Shown here piece after piece: positions 57,307 to 64,000 of a stretch of DNA of 64,000 nt (position 1 is the stretch's first letter; each line of letters begins with the position of its first letter). The stretch spans positions 36,441 to 100,440 of the forward strand of contig CAKOPG010000001.1 in assembly GCA_934098745.1 (NCBI GenBank), written 5' to 3'. Position numbers and translations under genes: made by a program. Source of the DNA: an uncultured Bacilli bacterium (GTDB taxonomy: Bacteria > Bacillota_I > Bacilli_A > RF39 > UBA660). The notes beneath the pieces are model-generated. The model was given only the letters and a program-made list of their open reading frames with translations. It was not told where the DNA came from and did not search any database.

Positions 57307-59871
57307 ATGAAGAAGGTAATACTGGTAGATGGTAATAATTTAATGTTTAGAAGTTATTATGCAACGTTATATTCTGGTAGTGTGATGACTAATAAAGAAG
57401 GATTTCCTACAAATGCTTTATTTGGATTTGTCAATATGATGAATAAAATTATTCATGAAGAAAATCCAGAATATATTATGGTAGCTTTTGATATAGGAAG
57501 AACATTTAGACATGATAAGTATGATTACTATAAAGGAAAAAGAGATGAAACGCCAGAAGATTTAAAGAAACAGTTTCCAGTAGCTAAGAAGATTCTTAAT
57601 GCTATGGGAATTAAATATTTTGAGTTAGAGGGATATGAAGCTGATGATATTATTGGAACATTTGCTAAGAAAATAGATCTTGATGAAGATTATATAGGTA
57701 CGATTATCAGTAGTGATAAAGATTTATTACAGTTAATATCAGCCGATGTATCGGTTAAGTTATTGAAACAAAAAGATTATATAAGAATGGATGAGAATAC
57801 TTTTAGAGAACATTATGGAATGTTAGATCCAATAAAGATGATAGATCTTAAATCTTTAATGGGTGATGCTTCAGATAATATACCGGGAGTTAAGGGTATT
57901 GGAGAAAAGACGGCTTTAAAATTATTACAGGAATATGGTTCATTAGATGGAGTATATGAAAATATTGATAAGATAAAAGGAGCTACTAAAGAGAAGTTAA
58001 TTATAGATAAAGAGAATGCTTATATGTCTTATGATATAGCTACAATATATAGGGATGTACCAATAGATACATCTTTTGAGAATATTAAATATAAGGAAGA
58101 AGAAACTGATGAACTTATTAATATATATAATGATTTAGATTTTTATTCTTTTTTAAGAAAGAGTAATCATGAGGTAAGTAAGAAAGAACTATCTTATAAA
58201 GAGGTTAGTAATGTAGATGAGATTAAGATAGATGGTGATGTAGCTATTAGTTTAGAACTTGATAATGATAATTATCATCATGCTAATATTAGAGGAATTA
58301 GTATATATAATAAAGATATAGCAATATATATTAAGGGGATTAATTTAAGAAATACAGATTTTTTGAAAGATGTATGTATATATACATATGATTATAAGAA
58401 ATTATATTCAGTATTTAAGAGAAATAATTTATATATTCCAGAATGTAGTTTTGATACGATGTTAGCGGGATATTTACTCAATTATTCAGTTAAGGATGAT
58501 ATTGCTTATTTAGCTAATGCAATGAAGAGGGAAATACCTTTTTATGATAAGAAGATGGATGTAGATAGTCAGGAATATAAAGATATAAGTATTAGAAGAG
58601 CAGAATTTATATATGATAGTTATAATGAATTATTAGATAGATTGAAAGAAAATGATCAGGTAGATTTATTTTATAAGATAGAATTACCTTTATCTGTAGT
58701 ACTTGCTAAGATGGAATTAAAGGGAATAAGGGTAGATAAAGAGATACTTATTGATATGAAGGAAGATATAGTAAGAAGAATAGATGAGGTAAGTAAAGAT
58801 ATTTATAATTTAGCAGGAAAAGTTTTTAATATAGCTAGTCCTAAACAACTTGGAGAGGTATTGTTTGATGAACTTAATTTACCTCATGGTAAGAAGAATA
58901 AGACTGGATATGTAACTGATGCGAATACTTTAGGCAAATTAATCGATTATGAAATAGTAAGAAAAATTTTAGAATATCGTCTTTTAAATAAGTTGTATAC
59001 TACTTATATTGAAGGGATACTTAAAGCTATTTCTCCGGATGGGTTAATTCATACGATATATACTCAGACTATTACTAGAACAGGAAGGTTATCTTCAATA
59101 GAACCTAATTTACAAAATATTCCGGTTAGAAATGAGTTTGGAAAATTAATTAGAAAGGCTTTTGTACCATTTGATAATGCTTTAATTATGTCTTCGGATT
59201 ATTCACAAATAGAGTTAAGGGTATTTGCCCATTTATCTAATGTTAGTGAGTTATTATATGCTTTTAATAATAATATGGATATTCATACGAAGACAGCAAT
59301 GGATATATTTAAAGTACCAATGGATAAGGTAACTAAGAATATGCGTAGACAAGCTAAGGCAGTTAACTTTGGTATTCTTTATGGTATTAGTCCTTATGGG
59401 TTAGCTGAAGATATTGGAATATCTCCCAAGGAGGCTAAGAAATTTATTGAGACTTATTTTGAGACTTATCCAGGTATTAAGGATTACATGAATAAGGTAA
59501 TTGAAGAAGCACATCAAAAAGGCTATGTTAAAACTATTATGAATAGAGTTAGAACGATTGATGAATTAAATAGTTCTAATTATATGCAAAGAAGTATGGG
59601 AGAAAGAATGGCTTTAAATACTCCGGTACAGGGAAGTAGTGCAGATATTCTTAAGAAAGCTATGGTAGAAATTGATGAAGAATTTACTAAAAAGAATATT
59701 AAGAGTGAGATGTTACTTCAAGTACATGATGAATTAATTTTTAATGTTTATAAAGATGAACAAGAAGAAGTTAAGAATATTGTTAAAAATATTATGGAGA
59801 ATACGGTTAAGTTAAATGTGCCATTACTTGTAGATATAGAGTTTGGTGATAACTGGTATGATGCTAAATAG
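57307..59871 (+). CDS. polA: DNA polymerase I
   Basis: 5' nuclease N-terminus (VILVDGNNLMFRSYYA). Polymerase motifs A (DYSQIELR), B (RRQAKAVNFGILYG) and C (LQVHDEL). Confidence 0.92.
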   Translation: MKKVILVDGNNLMFRSYYATLYSGSVMTNKEGFPTNALFGFVNMMNKIIHEENPEYIMVAFDIGRTFRHDKYDYYKGKRDETPEDLKKQFPVAKKILNAMGIKYFELEGYEADDIIGTFAKKIDLDEDYIGTIISSDKDLLQLISADVSVKLLKQKDYIRMDENTFREHYGMLDPIKMIDLKSLMGDASDNIPGVKGIGEKTALKLLQEYGSLDGVYENIDKIKGATKEKLIIDKENAYMSYDIATIYRDVPIDTSFENIKYKEEETDELINIYNDLDFYSFLRKSNHEVSKKELSYKEVSNVDEIKIDGDVAISLELDNDNYHHANIRGISIYNKDIAIYIKGINLRNTDFLKDVCIYTYDYKKLYSVFKRNNLYIPECSFDTMLAGYLLNYSVKDDIAYLANAMKREIPFYDKKMDVDSQEYKDISIRRAEFIYDSYNELLDRLKENDQVDLFYKIELPLSVVLAKMELKGIRVDKEILIDMKEDIVRRIDEVSKDIYNLAGKVFNIASPKQLGEVLFDELNLPHGKKNKTGYVTDANTLGKLIDYEIVRKILEYRLLNKLYTTYIEGILKAISPDGLIHTIYTQTITRTGRLSSIEPNLQNIPVRNEFGKLIRKAFVPFDNALIMSSDYSQIELRVFAHLSNVSELLYAFNNNMDIHTKTAMDIFKVPMDKVTKNMRRQAKAVNFGILYGISPYGLAEDIGISPKEAKKFIETYFETYPGIKDYMNKVIEEAHQKGYVKTIMNRVRTIDELNSSNYMQRSMGERMALNTPVQGSSADILKKAMVEIDEEFTKKNIKSEMLLQVHDELIFNVYKDEQEEVKNIVKNIMENTVKLNVPLLVDIEFGDNWYDAK

Positions 59872-59886
59872 AAGGAAGGGATAAGA

Positions 59887-60702
59887 ATGCCAGAACTACC
59901 AGAGGTTGAAACGGTAAAAAATGGTTTAAAGGAAAAAGTAAGGGGAAGAAAAATATTATCTTGTAATGTTTTATGGCCGGGTATTATAGCATATCCAGAT
60001 AAAGATACTTTTATGAAGGAAATAGCTAATCAAACTATTTTAGATTTATCTCGTAGAGGAAAATTTATAATCTTTCATTTAGATAATTATGCACTTATTT
60101 CACATTTAAGAATGGAAGGAAAGTACTTTATTAAGAAAGAAAATACTAAATTAACAAAACATGATCATGTGGTATTTAATTTAGATAATCAGGAGAATCT
60201 TATATATAATGATACGCGTAAATTTGGTAAAATGTATTTATTAAAGAGTAAAGATGATATTCATAGTCCGTTAAATAAATTAGGTAAAGAACCATGGGAT
60301 AAGGATTTAACGGTAGCTTATCTAAAAGAAAAATTAAAGAAGAAGAAAGCTATTAAGACACTTCTTTTAGATCAAGAGATAATTACTGGTATTGGCAATA
60401 TATATGCTGATGAAATATTATTTTTAGCCGGTATTAATCCGGAAGAATATGGAGTTAATCTAACTGATAAGAAGTTAGCGGATATTATTAAATATACTAA
60501 GGAAATATTAGAAAAATCTATTTCTTTAGGAGGAACTACTATTCATTCTTATGCTGCTGTCGATGGAGTAAGTGGACGTTTTCAACAAGAGTTATTAGTT
60601 CATGGTAAGGCGGGAGAACTTTGTCCTAATTGTAAGAATAAGATAATTAAAATAACGGTAAATGGCCGGGGTACATATTATTGTCCACATTGTCAGAAAT
60701 AG
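59887..60702 (+). CDS. mutM: Formamidopyrimidine-DNA glycosylase
   Basis: MPELPEVETV N-terminus; C-terminal zinc finger CPNC...CPHC. Confidence 0.9.
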   Translation: MPELPEVETVKNGLKEKVRGRKILSCNVLWPGIIAYPDKDTFMKEIANQTILDLSRRGKFIIFHLDNYALISHLRMEGKYFIKKENTKLTKHDHVVFNLDNQENLIYNDTRKFGKMYLLKSKDDIHSPLNKLGKEPWDKDLTVAYLKEKLKKKKAIKTLLLDQEIITGIGNIYADEILFLAGINPEEYGVNLTDKKLADIIKYTKEILEKSISLGGTTIHSYAAVDGVSGRFQQELLVHGKAGELCPNCKNKIIKITVNGRGTYYCPHCQK

Positions 60703-60722
60703 ATAGATAGTGGAGGTATTAT

Positions 60723-61268
60723 ATGAAATATATTGCATTATTAAGAGGAATAAATATTAGTGGTAAGAATAAAATAGCGATGTCAGAACTAAAAAGACTT
60801 TTCGAAGAAAATAATTATCAAAATGTATCTACTTATCTCAATAGTGGTAATGTTATCTTTGAAAGTAATATAGATAATAAAGAAGATATTATGAATAATA
60901 TTTATAAACTTATAGAGATTAATTTTTCGCTTAAAATACCAGTATATATCATGACGGATAAAGAATTAGAAAATATTTTAAATAATAGTCCAGAATGGTG
61001 GGGTAATAAGAATAAAGATATATATGATAATTTAATATTTATAATTCCTCCGACTAAATATGAAGAAGTATATAATACGGTGGGGTTACCAAAAGAAGAT
61101 ATTGAGAAAATTAAAGAATATAATAATACTATATTTTGGTCATTTGATTTAAATAATTATCGAAAATCTAATTGGTGGATTAAAACAGCTAGTACTGATA
61201 TAAAAGATAAGATTACGATAAGGACTGCTAATACGATGAAGAAAATATTAGAAATATGTCAGAAATAG
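60723..61268 (+). CDS. DUF1697-family protein
   Basis: MKYIALLRGINISGKNKIAMSELKRLFEE hallmark N-terminus. Confidence 0.6.
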   Translation: MKYIALLRGINISGKNKIAMSELKRLFEENNYQNVSTYLNSGNVIFESNIDNKEDIMNNIYKLIEINFSLKIPVYIMTDKELENILNNSPEWWGNKNKDIYDNLIFIIPPTKYEEVYNTVGLPKEDIEKIKEYNNTIFWSFDLNNYRKSNWWIKTASTDIKDKITIRTANTMKKILEICQK

Positions 61269-61398
61269 ATTATAAGATTAGTTAAGAAGAGTATCACTTT
61301 TATTAGTGATGCTTTTTAAATATTATATAAGTCTCTTTCTTAAAATAGTAAAGTTATGATATAATATTTATATATATAAACAGATAAAAGGTGTAAAT

Positions 61399-62127
61399 AT
61401 GGATTATAGTATTAAGATAAATGAATTTGAGGGACCATTAGATTTACTTTTACATTTAATAAAACAGTCTAATATAAATATTCAAGATATTGATATAGCA
61501 GTGATAACAAAACAATATTTAGATTATATTAATAAGATGGAAGAGTTAAATATTAATGTAGCAGCAACTTATATTGTTATGGCAGCAGAACTTATGGAAA
61601 TTAAGTCTAGATCTTTACTTCCTAAGAAGGAAGATGAAAATATAGAAAATGAAGAAGATGAAGAAATATCTAGGGAAAATCTTATTAATAAACTAGTGGA
61701 ATATCAAAAGTATAAAGATATGACAGGAAAGTTTAAAGAGTTAGAAAATGAGAGAAAGATGATATATGTTAAAGCTCCAGAGAAAGCTAATAATTATATA
61801 GATAATACAATAGTTAGAGATGATAGTGTATCTTTAGATGACTTGGTTAATGCTTTTAAGAAATTTTTAGAGAGAATTGATAGAGAGAAACCATTAACAA
61901 CGAAGATTACTTCAAAAGAGTATAGTGTTAAGGAAAGAAAACAAAATATTAGAAAGATTCTTCGAGATAAGAAGAAGGTATTATTTACAGAGTTATTTGA
62001 AGAAAAAAATATTGCTTATGTTGTAGTAACTTTTTTATCAATATTAGAGATGACTAAAGAGCATGAGGTTATGTTAAAACAAGATGGTAATTTTAAAGAT
62101 ATTTTAATAGAGTTGAAGGTGAAATAA
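61399..62127 (+). CDS. scpA: Segregation and condensation protein A
   Basis: FEGPLDLLLHLIKQSNINIQDIDIAVITKQYLDYI. Confidence 0.85.
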   Translation: MDYSIKINEFEGPLDLLLHLIKQSNINIQDIDIAVITKQYLDYINKMEELNINVAATYIVMAAELMEIKSRSLLPKKEDENIENEEDEEISRENLINKLVEYQKYKDMTGKFKELENERKMIYVKAPEKANNYIDNTIVRDDSVSLDDLVNAFKKFLERIDREKPLTTKITSKEYSVKERKQNIRKILRDKKKVLFTELFEEKNIAYVVVTFLSILEMTKEHEVMLKQDGNFKDILIELKVK

Positions 62128-62684
62128 TGAAAGGTATTATTGAAGGACTTTTATATGTACAAGGTGATTTAGGTCTTACTATAAATCAGGTGTCTGAGAT
62201 ATTAGAGATATCTTTAGATGAGGCAAAAGAATTAATTCTTTCATTGAAACAAGATTATATAAATGAAGATAGAGGACTTAGGATTAATTATTTGGGGAAT
62301 TCTTTTAAGTTAGCTACAAAGGAAGAACATAGAAAGTATTATCAGAAGTTATTAGAGAATCCTAAGAATAATACTTTATCTAATCAAGCATTAGAAACTT
62401 TAGCTATTATTGCTTATAATGAACCTATTACTAGAGGGGATATCGATGAAATGAGAGGCGTAGATTCAGTATATGTAATAAGAAGATTATTAGCTAAGGG
62501 ATTGATTAAAGAAAATGGTCGTAGTGATAAACCGGGTCATCCTATTTTATATAAGACGACAGATGAATTTTTAGATTATTTTGGATTATCTACTAAAGAA
62601 GATTTACCGAAGATAGAAATGCTTGATAATATTAATAATGAAGATAAGGATTTGTTTAAATCAACTTATAAAGATGAAATATAA
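62127..62684 (+). CDS. scpB: Segregation and condensation protein B
   Basis: IEGLLYVQGDLGLTINQVSEIL...ETLAIIAYNEPITRGDIDEMRG. Confidence 0.85.
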   Translation: MKGIIEGLLYVQGDLGLTINQVSEILEISLDEAKELILSLKQDYINEDRGLRINYLGNSFKLATKEEHRKYYQKLLENPKNNTLSNQALETLAIIAYNEPITRGDIDEMRGVDSVYVIRRLLAKGLIKENGRSDKPGHPILYKTTDEFLDYFGLSTKEDLPKIEMLDNINNEDKDLFKSTYKDEI

Positions 62685-62704
62685 TATATAAAGGAGATGG
62701 AAAA

Positions 62705-63973
62705 ATGAATTTTATTGATTTGATTAATAAGAAAAGAATGGGTTTGGAATTAACGGATGAAGAAATTAATTATATGATAAAAGGATACTTAGATGGCAGT
62801 ATTAAAGATTATCAGATGAGTGCGATGCTTATGGCGATAGTATTAAAAGGAATGACTAATGAAGAAATATTTTCACTTACTAAATATATGGCAACATCAT
62901 CAGATATGTTAGATTTATCAGTTCTTGGTGATAAGACAATAGATAAGCATTCAACGGGTGGGGTTGGTGATAAAACAACGCTTATAATTAGTCCAATAGT
63001 GGCTGCTTGTGGAGTAAAGGTAGCTAAGATGAGTGGACGTGGGTTAGGACATACGGGCGGAACGATCGATAAGTTAGAAGCAATTCCCCACTTTTCAGTT
63101 AATTTATCGAAAGAAGATTTTATTAAACAAGTAAATGAAATAGGCGTGGCTATTACGAGTCAAACAGAAAATGTAGCAATAGCTGATAAAAAAATATATG
63201 CTTTAAGAGATGCTACAGGAACTGTACAATCTATTCCATTAATCGCATCATCTATTATGAGTAAGAAAATAGCTCTTGGAACTAAAAAGTTGGTAATAGA
63301 TGTTAAAGTTGGTCAAGGGGCTTTGATGAAAACGAAAGAAGATGCTTTAGAACTTGCTAGACTAATGATAGAGATAGGGCATGCTCATGGCATGCAAGTA
63401 GTGGCAATGCTTACTAATATGGATATTCCTCTTGGTAATAATATAGGTAATGCTTTAGAAGTAGAAGAAGCTATTGATATATTAAAAAATGGCAAAAAGG
63501 GTAATTTAAGAGATATATGTATTCTTCTTGCTACGGAGATGGTTAGTTTAGGACTTGATATTTCACCAGATTTAGCTAAAGATAAGGTAATTAAGGTACT
63601 AGATGAGGGCGATGCGTATAAGAAATTTATAGAGTTAGTAGAATATCAACATGGCGATATTACAAGGTTACCTAAAGCTAAGAATTATTATGAAATAAAA
63701 GCTAGTGATGAGGGATATTTAACAAATATTGATGCTTATAAACTAGGAGTATTATCAATGCATTTAGGAGCAGGAAGAATTAATAAAGAAGATGAGATCG
63801 ATTATAGTGCTGGAATTGTTTTAAATAAAAATTTGAATGATTATGTAGCAAAGGGTGATGTCTTAATGACTCTTTATACGAATAGAGAATTACCTAAGAT
63901 AAGTGATGATATATTTAAGATATCTCCGGATAAAACAGAAGATGAAAAATTAATTATAGATATTGTTAAATAG
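62705..63973 (+). CDS. pdp: Pyrimidine-nucleoside (thymidine) phosphorylase
   Basis: DKHSTGGVGDKTTL and SGRGLGHTGGTIDKLE motifs. Confidence 0.9.
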   Translation: MNFIDLINKKRMGLELTDEEINYMIKGYLDGSIKDYQMSAMLMAIVLKGMTNEEIFSLTKYMATSSDMLDLSVLGDKTIDKHSTGGVGDKTTLIISPIVAACGVKVAKMSGRGLGHTGGTIDKLEAIPHFSVNLSKEDFIKQVNEIGVAITSQTENVAIADKKIYALRDATGTVQSIPLIASSIMSKKIALGTKKLVIDVKVGQGALMKTKEDALELARLMIEIGHAHGMQVVAMLTNMDIPLGNNIGNALEVEEAIDILKNGKKGNLRDICILLATEMVSLGLDISPDLAKDKVIKVLDEGDAYKKFIELVEYQHGDITRLPKAKNYYEIKASDEGYLTNIDAYKLGVLSMHLGAGRINKEDEIDYSAGIVLNKNLNDYVAKGDVLMTLYTNRELPKISDDIFKISPDKTEDEKLIIDIVK

Positions 63974-64000
63974 CATTTAGTAAGAAGACTAAGTGCTTTT

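Noticed and set aside
1-64000. Alternative genetic code (TGA read as Trp, as in Mollicutes) to explain the in-frame TGA in the GNAT gene
   Set aside because: Trp is encoded by TGG throughout. tadB (14075-14077) and the 26482..27609 gene terminate at TGA with correct-length products. The single TGA is therefore a local nonsense or sequencing event.
1-64000. CRISPR arrays, IS elements or transposases, integrases, prophage genes, rRNA and tRNA genes
   Set aside because: No spaced direct-repeat arrays, no terminal inverted repeats flanking a transposase-like ORF, no DDE or serine/tyrosine recombinase motifs, and no tRNA cloverleaf-like GC-rich segments in any intergenic region.

Overview
This window is a chromosomal segment from a very AT-rich bacterium with Firmicutes-type gene content, using the standard genetic code. 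I judge GC at roughly 25-30% by eye and did not compute it. Trp is encoded by TGG, and several genes end in TGA (tadB at 14075-14077 and the 26482..27609 gene).

Conserved housekeeping genes are tsf (3' part), thrS with a T-box leader, rpsL-rpsG-fusA-tuf, aspS-gatCAB with a T-box leader, polA-mutM, scpA-scpB, pdp, yebC, zupT, maf and dacA.

Accessory and envelope-related blocks lie between them:
(1) A Tad/Flp-type pilus locus (two TadE-like proteins, CpaE/TadZ-like, CpaF, TadB, TadC), directly preceded by a 780-aa membrane-anchored surface protein with dockerin-like and cadherin-like modules.
(2) A TelA-centred membrane cluster: a vWA protein, an XpaC-like protein, a second solute-binding-like protein, TelA, and a CbbX/SpoVK-type AAA+ ATPase.
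(3) Envelope-modification genes: MBOAT plus a DHHW partner, GtrA/GtrB-like plus a distant polytopic membrane protein, and four tandem GNATs, one carrying an in-frame TGA.
(4) A roughly 570-nt ORF-free, GC-elevated region behind a perfect TTGACA-17-TATAAT promoter. It sits immediately upstream of a small 4-TM protein with a duplicated Asp-containing motif. My lead hypothesis is a large structured ncRNA, possibly OLE-like with an OapA-like partner.

Other points of note are a catalytically degenerate histidine-kinase-like/REC hybrid, a YugP-like membrane protein with a degenerate HExxH motif, a decayed HExxH metalloprotease gene, and a possible G-run frameshift at the start of a PepSY-domain protein. 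I found no CRISPR arrays, IS elements, rRNA or tRNA genes.
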